From positions 1-64,000 of the forward strand of contig JYFJ02000418.1 of assembly GCA_000934665.2 (NCBI GenBank): DNA of 64,000 nt, given 5' to 3'. The notes under the pieces are model-generated. The model made no database searches. It saw only the letters and a list, made by a program, of their open reading frames with translations, and was not told where the DNA came from. Below are positions 53,701-64,000 of this stretch, in pieces (the stretch's first letter is position 1; each line of letters starts with the position of its first letter). The position numbers and the translations under genes were made by a program. The stretch is from Catajapyx aquilonaris. Its lineage: Eukaryota.

Positions 53701-55604
53701 AAAACGCTTTTTATGGAAATGAGGCCGAGCACGTCTTAAAACCCCGTAATTACATCAAAGGGGCGGATCTAAACAAATCATACACAAGTTTTTACTATTG
53801 AAGGATTGCGAAAAAATTATCTGCAACTGGAATAATTTTCAGTTAGAATAACCGCTAGCTGCGCAATTAATCATTGAAATATTCGCTTAATCAGATGTAC
53901 ATTTCGTGCAATCACCACAGCTCCTAAGGCGATATTGAGTATGTGCAAATTTTTCCCCCTAATATTCATCCTGATTTTATCCCAGAATTTGCTCCATAAA
54001 ATATGAACGGCTATTGGCCAATCGATTTAAACTTTTCCTAGACATCGATCGATCAAATTATTTAATAGGAAGCAATTCGCCAGTCTAGCACAGTTTGCGG
54101 TTGGCCTAATTGCGTCAATTTCGAGTCAATTGCCAGTTTTTAAGCTGTCATTACAGCATTACAAAATTGCCAATATTACGCAAACTCGACACGCTTCCAA
54201 GACAATTTTAATTTAATCTTCCCACTTATTTGCCACGGGCATACTACAGTATTTCATTGCGGCACAAAAAAACCAGGGCCGGATGTTATGAAAATGATAG
54301 CAATCACATCTTTATTTCCGACTCCACCCATTACGTTGGATGTCAAGGCTACTGTCTGGACCTTATTATCCAAGTTGCCCTTGCAATTTAATCCGTGTCT
54401 AACTAGATCAGAGCATAATCTTCACCTGAGGCGCACAAAAGGTAGGATAGTTTTCCTCATCCTTTAATCGTTCAAAAAAAACTTACCTGCTTGGTCATCA
54501 TGTTAATTTACATATGTATCGCGGCCAAGGGACCAGGAAGCCCCCCCGGAAGCTTAGTTCCCATCATAAGTAGCTCATTTATTCTATTCATCAAGCTAGC
54601 TATTTATCACTTTCTAGAAGGGGGGAGGGGTGTCCGACGAAACAAAAACCGTCATTCTGCAACTTCATAAATCACTAGGTCGACCCACTATTTTCCGTCG
54701 CTTGTTATTTAGGTCCACGCAACAAACACGGTGGGCCATATTCCGAACATCAAGGCGGAAAATTTTCAAGCCCGACTCTAGAGCTCTCCCAGCATTAAGC
54801 TAATTAAAACCAGGCAATTGAGGCCATTACGTCAGCTCTCCCAAGACTCCCCCTTGAATTTGGGTCCGGAAGCTTTACGCCTGGAGTCCTCCACGTCAAC
54901 ATTCGCCACCAGATTCGTCCTTTTTCGGCCCAGGAAAATGCGTTGGCCATTTCCGGACCAAATTTTGCGAAAAAGGCAGCAACATTGACTTATTTTATTC
55001 GCTAAACAAGAAAACCCCTAAAATATTCGGTTTGGCAACATTTTCTTCAATCAGCGGCACGTAAGCCAAGTTTCAGCACTTTCAGTAGTCTGAAAGTGGG
55101 TTAGGTATAGCCTAGGTATAGCCAGTACATACAAACAGAGAAACGTTATCATTTATACTATTAGCATGAACGGAACACGTCATTTCCACGCATTGGTGAA
55201 TCAATTCCTCTTGAGATTTCGAGAGTGATATACATTGCGTTGCGTAACAATATCGACAAACCTACACGTACCTTTCCGAGAAAGAAGCGTCGATAGCACT
55301 TGGCCGTCTCGTCGGTCTCGAACTTGGCCTTGAGTCCAGGCGAGGGTACGACGGGATGACCTTCTCCGTCGAAAGGACAGGCATGTTCCACACCGTCGAC
55401 CCAATATCCACCACCTTTTGGGGTGACGATCATAGGGTAAGGTGAGGACTTTCGGAGTGTTTCTTCCAGCAGCTCCTGGGAGGCCGACGTCGATGAGGGC
55501 GTCGGGGTGGGCACGGGTGTTGACGATGGTGTTGGGGTCGCATTTGGAGGCGTCGATGTCGGTCGAAGCCCCGGAGGTGACTTGCCCCCCTCCTCTCGGG
55601 AGGT
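44617..55604 (-). CDS. RapGAP1: Rap1 GTPase-activating protein (RapGAP1/RAP1GAP family), spliced, 5'-partial; 10 coding exons, 749 aa traced
   Basis: Join (minus strand): 55604-55272, 49445-49263, 47545-47307, 47101-46950, 46890-46764, 46705-46540, 46286-45915, 45832-45654, 45560-45203, 44757-44617 = 2250 nt in one open frame; all introns GT..AG. Rap_GAP hallmark motifs: [54 protein letters not shown] (catalytic Asn), [27 protein letters not shown]-terminal coiled-coil-like segment resembles arthropod RapGAP1. Confidence 0.95.
45203..45560 (-). CDS. RapGAP1: RapGAP1 coding exon ([13 protein letters not shown]...DSDTGLES...[14 protein letters not shown]), 358 nt
   Basis: Acceptor TTTCAG|G, donor GTG|GTGCGT (a tandem GT 3 nt earlier is also in frame). 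Confidence 0.9.
45654..45832 (-). CDS. RapGAP1: RapGAP1 coding exon, Ser/Pro-rich ([11 protein letters not shown]...[10 protein letters not shown]), 179 nt
   Basis: Acceptor TTTTGTTTTCAG|AGT, donor TAG|GTAAAA; open in the required frame and bridges phase 0 to phase 2. Confidence 0.85.
45915..46286 (-). CDS. RapGAP1: RapGAP1 coding exon (LRTRTSLL..., Gly-rich linker, ...DSTPS), 372 nt
   Basis: Acceptor TTTTTCAACAG|CTG, donor TCT|GTGAGA; RTR..LL end of the GAP domain followed by a low-complexity Gly tract. Confidence 0.9.
46540..46705 (-). CDS. RapGAP1: RapGAP1 coding exon ([16 protein letters not shown]...AEKFSKLE), 166 nt
   Basis: Acceptor TTTTCAG|G, donor GAG|GTGAGG; not in the ORF track, translated by hand. 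Confidence 0.95.
46764..46890 (-). CDS. RapGAP1: RapGAP1 coding exon ([11 protein letters not shown]...NTR) carrying the catalytic Asn, 127 nt
   Basis: Acceptor TTTTTCAG|GC, donor AAG|GTACAG; completes KRHIGND across a 59-nt intron. Confidence 0.96.
46950..47101 (-). CDS. RapGAP1: RapGAP1 coding exon (YRGGLD...FHVSTMLP...QRKRHI), 152 nt
   Basis: Acceptor TTTCAG|ATAT, donor TTG|GTAAGA; core Rap_GAP motifs. Confidence 0.96.
47307..47545 (-). CDS. RapGAP1: RapGAP1 coding exon ([11 protein letters not shown]...FKFGVIYQ...LKDHKG), 239 nt
   Basis: Acceptor TTTTTTTCTAG|TTG, donor AGG|GTGAGA; ends in phase 2. Confidence 0.95.
47621..48603. promoter_or_regulatory. Putative intronic enhancer: four Su(H)/CSL sites plus a proneural-type E-box
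   Basis: YGTGGGAA at 47621-47628 (-), 48263-48270 (-), 48398-48405 (+), 48579-48586 (-); GCAGGTG at 48597-48603. Confidence 0.4.
49263..49445 (-). CDS. RapGAP1: RapGAP1 coding exon ([20 protein letters not shown]...PAKMAK), 183 nt
   Basis: Acceptor ATTACAG|GAG, donor AAG|GTAATT; continues GK|EHYNF of the dimerisation region. Confidence 0.93.
55272..55604 (-). CDS. RapGAP1: RapGAP1 coding exon ([11 protein letters not shown]...GGYWVDG...YRRFFLGK), 333 nt, phase 0/0
   Basis: Acceptor TTTTACAG|ACC, donor AAG|GTACGT; Pro/Ser/Thr-rich stretch followed by the YPMIV..GGYWVDG region found N-terminal to the GAP domain. Confidence 0.92.
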
Positions 55605-57636
55605 CTGTAAAAGTGACCAGATAAGTTTAAAAACATGTCCTGTTTCCTCATTGGAAACGTGCCCAGCACGTACTACACAAAAAAAGGGCAAAAGGAAGAT
55701 GGCCCGCTAAGATCCCCTTGAGAGGTTACAGTTGTAATTGATACCCCCTAAATCCTTATCTGCAACACTATAAAGCAAGATTGAGGCGTATCTTAACCTG
55801 CAAGTTCAGAAAGTTGAGGACCTCTGAGCAGTTAGTTCCCTCGAGGTATTCTTGCGAATCAAACTCTTCGCAACGCCTATTTCAAGTGGACCATTTGTCA
55901 TCCCAAGAGAGTGATATACTGGCTGCAATTACAACCGAACCATGTCCTCTCTTCGTTTTTTTTTTCTTTCCTTCATTTAGCCACGGCACTCGGATGAAAC
56001 ATCACGAATGCAAGGAACATGGGTCCCAACCCTCGCATCCTTGAAAAGCAGAACCGGATTTCTGGACCGAGCATAGTGGATGGACTTAATTGAGCACACT
56101 AATAAAACTAGAAAAAGAGAGTGGTTAACTCCTGAAAATTTCATTACGCAGAGGCCTGGAAATTTTTCTCCCCAGCATTTCCACCCCCCCCCCCTTCTTT
56201 TTTGGCACAAAGGGAGTTGCTGAAGATAGGAATCTCATTAAACGCTTCTCGGTCGCAAGGCTGCTACGCTAGGCTCAACTTCTAACAAGACAAACAGTCC
56301 TGCATTTAAAATTCCTGCACCCAGAAGCAAGCAAATGAGTGAATGTTACGCGTGGCTTTTTTTTCAAGTACTTCCGGACTTTTTTTTAAAGAAGAAAAAA
56401 AAACTGGCAACATTGCACAGCAATCGCGTCATTACGTGCATTCGGTATTAGTAGGCCGAAGTATGACATGACACGAGGTATTTATGATACATGACGAAAT
56501 GTGCTGGTATAGTGAAGCAACAGCCTCTAACAAACATCTACCGTTAATATGCACTAATATAATATTCTGCAAAAAAATATATTAATGTCACACTGGACCC
56601 CCCCCCCCTCCCCAAATATTTTCAACTGAAATTAACAATTTTCGGAAGAAAATGAGTGGAAATCCTCGTAAACACATAATTTGGACTCAAATAGTGTACA
56701 AATAAGCAGGCTTGTCGTGTAAAATCACTGAAATTGAGCATAAATATTTCAGAATGCATATATGCTCCTACGAAAAGTACGAACAAATAAAATTATGTCC
56801 AAACTCAAGATGGTGTGTGTATTTTCTCGTCTAATTAACGCACTGTTCCGATAACTTTCCCATCGCAAGACACGCGCGAATCATGGAAACACTTACCCTT
56901 AACGAACCCGATTGTTTACAAGTCAATTCGGACTAATTAACCTGTCAGTCCCCTCAGAAACTGTCCTATCCCATACCTTGAACACAGCCAAACACCGCAA
57001 CCTCATCCTGCAATAATCCGTCCAAAAAGTGTGCCATATGCCCCCACTAAAATCACCATTTTTATCACAAAAACCCCCGTGATAATGATTACATAATGTT
57101 TACTCATCCCTGGGTATGACTTGCGTGCCTTTCCATCGTTGGAAACACCTCACGTACAAAACGTCCCCGACTCTTTGGCGCGTCCTTTTCGAACATATGG
57201 GCGCCGCCCGGACCTTGACCGCCCACAACCTAAACTCTCCAAAAAATTCCGGGTGTATACACATAATGTTCTGACACACACTGAACACACTAAATATATG
57301 AAAGAAAAGTGCACCTTATTCTCTCTCCACCACCACCACATTCTAAGAAGATGCTTCTTCTTATGGGCGTCGGCGGAAACTGGCCTCCCCCATACCATGA
57401 TGGCCTTGACAAAAAACTTCTTCCCCAATCGCAGCTAACGCCACCTTTCTTTCCAAGGTGCACCCATAACACACCAGCATCCGCCTTTGCATCAGGCCAA
57501 TGGCCAGTCCGCATTTTTTTTCTGATCAAGTTAGATGACCACCGACACAAAGGTCTTTGTTAAGGAGGGTACATGAACCTGGCTGTACCGGCCTGTTTTT
57601 CTTTCAGTTTTTGGGGGGAACCTTTTTGGAACGAGC

Positions 57637-57852
57637 CGCGCGTGATCACGTCATCGCCACGGTCTTATGCCGTTTTCACTTTCGCTTTCCGTTTGCGTGA
57701 ACCGACCAATCAGAGCCCGACGTCTGGGTGGGCGTGGCATTCCGATAGGGTTTCCGATACCGTTTAGAAATGTTCGTTTGCTCCAAATTTTTCGTCTCCG
57801 CTTTCGCTTTCCGATTGGTGCCATCCAATCAGCAGCAAGCATTGGCGCGCCG
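57637..57852. promoter_or_regulatory. Promoter-like cluster: four CCAAT boxes, a GC box and a CRE-like site in CpG-rich sequence
   Basis: GACCAATCAGAG ~57704, GGGTGGGCGTGGC ~57726, GATTGG ~57813, TCCAATCAGC ~57824, ATTGGCGCGCC ~57841, CACGTCAT ~57647. Confidence 0.4.
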
Positions 57853-60800
57853 CCTAGCAGCAGAAAACTGAAGGAGAANCATCGACACTACCTTTTAAAT
57901 ATGTTACGCCAACCATGCATCAGATCTGTCGGATAAGTCCAGGCAAAATCAATCCAAAAAATATTCTTCCCACGGGCAAAACCTCGACACTTTCTGATTG
58001 CCAAAGCCGAATTGGCGGGTCGGGAAATAAAGGTTTTTGGCCTGGAGGCTCTGCAACCAGGGGTTGGAAGCAATATAACTGCTCATTCCGCTACGTATGA
58101 GTGTCGAAACGAGTTTACAACGACTCTCCCCTCATGGGAATAGCTTTCGGGCTCATCGTCTATAATCATCCATCAGGCTATGTGCCATGCACTGCTTTTT
58201 TTTTTCCATAGGCAAGCAGGATTTAATTTTCAAACGTACTCATTCAATATGGTCACCCTAACGTGAACAGAGGTATAGGGATGAAAAAATAAATAGCGAG
58301 CCCTGTGGTATGGCAGAAAAATAATTAATAGACGGTATAAATGGGCTCCAGCAACACGTGTGGCCTTGAGCGTCAGGTTGACTACATTATATCGACACCA
58401 ATTCTGCTCCATATTGCATAGAATTTCGCAATACCTTCGCTTCTATTGCAACGGAAAAAATATTTGCTCAAAATATACGTACTCGTACTGTGGCTTTGAG
58501 GGTGGCCAACCATGTGGGTAGAAACGAGGAGAAGATCCCCTCTGCGGGAAACTTGACAAACACACTGGATCCCATATCCATACGTGGAACATGGAACCTT
58601 CCGACACAACCGTCCTGCAGCAGAGCAACACCACTACTGGCCTCAAACAAGCCTCACTGGCTTTGCTTCCTCAACCGTGTGCTCCGGATTACATCTGCTG
58701 TTTTGGGAGGGACCCCCCCTTACCACCCACCAAAAAAAGAAGGGGCTAATGATTGTTCCTCTAGGGAGCAACACAAGAGGTGCACATCGACCCAAAGTTT
58801 TTTTTTTCTTTCCCAATATCAGGAGCACAAGACGACTTCTCTTGATCGATGCGGCACCAAGCACACGCGAGTACAGTCGAGCCCGTTTTCAAATGCCAAA
58901 AGGTGACTGCGATGACCTCCTTCCACTTCCAAAGGAACGGATATTTTGTTACCGGTGGATAAAAGGTGCAGGAGTTGAGGTGGAAGCACGCATGCGCTCC
59001 AGCTGGTGAAACCTAGCACGTAGCCTACATGTCACTCAATTTGCTTACTATAAGTACAGGTGTGTGCAAATATAGGATCAGCAGATGATGCCAAAAATAT
59101 TTTCCTCCCTGTAATTCGTGACCTGCCGCCATGTATACCTGTCGCTAATTTTACAACCAACACTTAGCTAAAAATACCTCATCATAATTACTCAAAACCA
59201 CGATTACTTCCTGTATATCCAGACAAGTGCAGTGCACTCGTGATGTTACACACGACATTAAAATTAGCGTACGTGCCTACGTAACATAACAGACACGCGT
59301 GAGATATAAACCATTTTCTGCGGATCTTATTGACAAATTCACGTCGCATGTTGTTGTTTTTATGCGGCACTTCCTGGCCAATTGAGATTCCGTCGCGTGG
59401 CATCGGTCTCTGCATGCGACAGTCACGTGCTGGGCCCAGGAGAGATTAACGCCTTTTTGGTACGTCCCCCCCTTCGAGTGTTGGTCACACATTCGACCTG
59501 GTGTGTACTTTTATAGTCAACCCCCCCTCCCCTGCCTCCCACGCTCCCTGCGTGCCAGCACCTGGAAAATATTCGGCATTCACGCCAGGTGGCAAACCGT
59601 ACCCGTGCTAATAGATCTAAGCAGCACAAAAAATATATCGTACAGCACGTGCTAGTATGCAAATCGTGGGTGACAACCTCTAAAAGCGACCGGAGAAGGA
59701 TATCGGCGCTTATTGTTACGCAGGATGTGTTTAGATTTTTAACAGGTGTGTGCCGTTACCTGTAACGCCTGTAGGCTAATATGTGGTGAAATTTCAAAGC
59801 AATGAATAATATTTATCTATAGCTAATATTCTAGCCATGTTATTACATTTTTCAGTGAACTGGAGGGATATTTCAGAGCAATTTTGGAAATATGGCAGTT
59901 GGCAACCGAGACTCTTTTCCCCCACTTCCTTTGGTCATCCGTGCGTTGGAATCACTCACCGTATCTCCCATTTTTTCATATGGTTGCACGATAGGACCAG
60001 AAGCTAGGCCTGGTTCTAAACAAAAGGCACCCAAGTTACCAGATAAGACAACACAAAAAGAGGCCGAGCTTTTTCCTTGGCTCCACTTTCCTACATCAAA
60101 CCCTCCTTCACGACTATCCTCAATATTTACGGCCGTGCTTCCAAACCGGATCATGCGTGCAAGAGTACGACAGGAGAGTAATCGCAACATGTTGGAGGAT
60201 GCTGCTACCACACATATATAAAAAGTGTAGATATTTCTAGAGTCGTTATTACAATTAGTAGGCACTAAATTTATTGCTCCTTATCTGCACGGAGGATGAT
60301 CTAAAACTGGGGTGACCACTTATCAAGCTAGACTTCAAACCTGTCCGAGACAATTTTTTTTTTGCATATTAAAATTCCCTTTAGGTTTTCTCCGCGGTGT
60401 GGGAAAAGCAGGCGATAACCCTTGCTCTCTAAGCCAAAGCCTATTAAAACCCGATGCTATCGATGTGCCTGAAAAATTTTTAACGCCCGCTACCGATACG
60501 AGGAAATATTTCCGGTAATTGTAGGTCAGTGGGGCTTGCACAGTACAGCATTTATCACGCTACTTATAATCACATTATCTCGTGTTGACTTATCCGCTTT
60601 CTCATCTAATAGTACTCTCATCACGCACTTAAAACAAATCACTGTCCAGTTGACATTTTTCATCCGTCCATTTCGATCGGTTTTCATGCACACACGCTAT
60701 CAGACCCAGGCCATCTTTAAATCCGTCAAGAAAACCGTCTTCGCAAAATTTCGCTCACAAAAAAGTGGGCCCCAATCTCAAGGCTGCCTCCTTATTTCTC

Positions 60801-61280
60801 GAAGGCCTCTTTTGACCCCACATTCTAACACACACTGGCCACCACCTACCCGTCTTGCGTCCGGTCTCAACCGCATCGGCTCTACACACTGTTGTCCCTG
60901 GGCAAATCCTCTCACCTGGTGTGTGCCCCCCCCCCCTCTACACACCACCCCTCATCCAGCCCTTTCTTCCTACACCTGCCACTTGGACTAAGAGAGACCA
61001 ACGTTGGTACGTCCTTTTGGGTTCACACAGTCGCCAGGTGGGAACGGAAGTCTACTCCCCCACCATCTATCTCCCCTCTCTGTAAAAAAGGGCCGTGAGA
61101 AGGACCGGGACCCGCTCCCACCACCAGTCCACCTACCAACAATAACAGCCCCCAACATGCCATCAAAGGCCAAACAGGGCAGAGGTCTCTGTGTGTACGG
61201 TACGGGGCATGTGTGTCATGGTTTTTCAATGTCCACTGAACGGAGCGCAAATATTTTCCGTACTAGAAGATTGATTCGAG

Positions 61281-61423
61281 CTGACGTAAAACCGGAAGTG
61301 ACAGGTCACCGAAAGCCTATTTTGACAGTGAATCCGAATCCGAAAACCGTTTGTTGCTATCTCATACGGTGTAGACCCTGATACTTGTTCACGGACGGAC
61401 GGACAGAGCAGCCTAAAATGGCG
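61281..61423. promoter_or_regulatory. Promoter-like cluster: CRE-like, ETS and YY1 motifs
   Basis: TGACGTAA 61282-61289, ACCGGAAGTG 61291-61300, AAAATGGCG 61415-61423. Confidence 0.35.
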
Positions 61424-64000
61424 CGTGCCAAGGTGACTAACTCCTCCAAAAATATGTAAATAGAATTCCACATTTACACACCGTGTCTATCTCGGTAGCG
61501 TACCGTAACACCGTGGAAAAAATGCATTTTTATGCAGAGGCGGAGCAAGCCTCGCATGTCTACGAATTCCTTGAACTCAACAATCCTAGGCGGTATGTTA
61601 AGAATCCCTGAGAGCAACGGTCCAGCTGGCCTAAGCACATGTGATGGAAACAATGAGCTCCGAGTATTACACATATTACACACCGTACTGTATGTACTGT
61701 CTTCTTAATTGGTATCTCTGTACTACCTGCAGGCATTTATTTCCGTGGGTAAAATTTCGTGCCAGGTCGCCTTTGGGGCCGGAAAATGTTGCAAAATACG
61801 CAACCGTGAAAGCTCAGTTTTTCGCACGGAAGTTGTCAATAGCAAATGACAATGACCTTGGTTTATCCCCGCAAAAATTCTGGATGTCAAGGTCATAATT
61901 ATGTTCGTGTTAAGCTCGACATATCGGAATTGTGTCGCTTTAATTTTTGACGCACTCCCGCCATTTGCAGCCGTCCGGTTGATTCATTAAATTGGACTTC
62001 AGTGTTTACTTGATGGAGAGGATCATCCTCCTAAACACCCCCGAAAAGCCCTTTTTTCCAGCTCATTATCTCACATACTCATTTGACCAGCACCGAATTG
62101 CACATAGTTGCATTATGCAGTGAATATCTTCTCTAGAGTGCTGGGGGATCGCTTTTCCTTATACGAATTATCATATCAAAGAAATGCAGCTTTTTCTAAG
62201 AAAAAAAAGGGCGGCTCGTGCCTGTTCACACAGGCCTTACATTTGAATGCTTGGAAAAACTTTGAAATCTGCTTAGTTGACACAAAGTCCTCGGGTACTT
62301 TCGGCTCCCTGGCTTCTCTCAAAGTTAGGACTGAGCTTATAGAAAGTCACGTCCTATCCGGGACTATATATTCGGACAGTAAAGCGATCATGGGGTTTAA
62401 AATCCGATTTTATCAATTCAAAGGTTGACGACCATCTAGTGAGAGTTGTGTCACATGTGTTCACACCTTCAAGTTGTTATCACCTCTGCAACAAAGAGCA
62501 AACAAGAGGGAAAGTCTGTCATCTGCTGCGATATGCTCCGGGCGCATAAACGGTCATTCCCACTGACCCACTACAGTGTTGCTGGATGACAAAACAAGTC
62601 TTAAGATGCTGACCAGGAGCAAAGCCATCCAACCTCCAGCAAAAGTTGAGTGACCTAGCATCAAGATGACCTTCACATTAATGACGCAGATGTAATAAAG
62701 CACTAGATTTTTACTCTAATTGTCGCTCTGCACGCACAACAGCCTTTTGATGTTTCACAACCAACAATATAATTCTCCGGGTCGCATTTCTAACTTGGCA
62801 AGGTGCGAAACTAAATTAATGAGTACTAAATCTATGCAAATGAGGCATCAAAGGCTGCTTTGAGGGGGGGTTTCTGTTAGAGCTTATTCCCTCAAGTCTG
62901 CGACCACTTGAACCTGTCTCCGTCCCTGTGTTAGCCACACCATGTTTGCACTGAAATCATCTTCCTCGCTGCTTGGGTACACACTTTTTAAAAAACGAGT
63001 CCACCCCGCAAATGGGTCGCCCCCATATAAACAGCACACAGGGGAAATGAACCCGACAAATACATGTATTGCTACTCGGTCTGAAGTGCTCGTGTCAACA
63101 AAGCTTGTTTCGTGCCATCATAACCTAATCGTCATTACCAAATTCTTTACCAACTCAACAGCGAAAAAATTTACTCTCCGTTCATGTGGACACTACGAAT
63201 TATTCCAATTTTGCAGAATTTTGCGCACGAGTGATCTGACTTTTTTTATACATTCGGGGAGCGTGGTTTCCACCCCTCGGAGGGTGTACGGGTGAGCGAC
63301 GACCTGTCTTTGATCGGTGGTACAGTATCAAAGTGGTGAAAAAGCGGAACTGCGGCAGGTGAACCCAGCTACCAAAATCAACCCAGCTTTCCGCTTCCTT
63401 TCACTTATCTAGGGGGGCCTGTGTCCTATGATAATTTTTTATATAGGGTACATAGCCCTTATCGGCCAGCAATTCGTAAGATAAACCGACACAACAACAA
63501 TAGAAGGGCTCTAAATTCTGTTTTTTCCCTCAACACTGCCAAAAAGTAATGAGTTTTGTTCAATGATTCATATATCACGAATCAATCACCGGAATGGGCA
63601 CGAGTCCTACAAACTTGCAACCGGATCAGATGATGCCCAATTGAGAGCAGGGTGCTGAACAAAATGCCTGTTATTACACCATAAACACATACCCCAGGAC
63701 ACAGTGAACTACTGGATGAGCCTGCACGGAAAGTCAGGGCGGCGGAAAGGTGGTCAGCAAACCACAGTTCCGGCAAAGTCACTCTTGGAAAGAGAGAGAG
63801 ACGCCCTGTCCTCACCTTGCCTGCTACCAACGACCTTTTCCTTGACATGCCTCGATGACTTCGGCCCAAAAATGTGGGGGTCTAATAAGCCTGCCATATG
63901 TGATGTATGCGTGTAGTGTCAGCTGTCCGGTGGTTTTGACCTGAGAATTGTGTGGGTATCCGAAATGGGATTTGATTGCTCACCCTGACTCATATGGTTT

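Noticed and set aside
1..64000. CRISPR array, prokaryotic operon, rRNA, autonomous transposon or viral ORFs
   Set aside because: No regularly spaced repeats, no long ORFs, and no RT, transposase or integrase motifs seen; the DNA is intron-containing eukaryotic sequence

Overview
Eukaryotic (metazoan, very probably arthropod) genomic DNA. The only protein-coding gene I can support is a spliced Rap1 GTPase-activating protein (RapGAP1/RAP1GAP family) on the minus strand. I traced 10 coding exons by hand from 55604 down to the TAG at 44617-44619. All 9 introns are GT-AG and phase-consistent, giving 749 codons plus stop. The 5' start exon(s) could not be identified with confidence and may lie beyond the window. 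About 2.5-4.7 kb past the stop codon there is a compact cluster of non-autonomous mobile elements (39959-42071): a foldback/MITE with ~164-bp inverted arms, tandem copies of a short MITE, and a complete tRNA-derived SINE with poly(A) tail and an 11-bp target-site duplication. Bases 1 to ~39900 hold no recognisable gene and look like a regulatory gene desert or long intron. I found no convincing new biological system. The best leads are regulatory: a Su(H)/CSL plus proneural E-box cluster inside a RapGAP intron, two promoter-like motif clusters upstream, candidate alternative first exons, and a CTCF-like site inside the foldback element.
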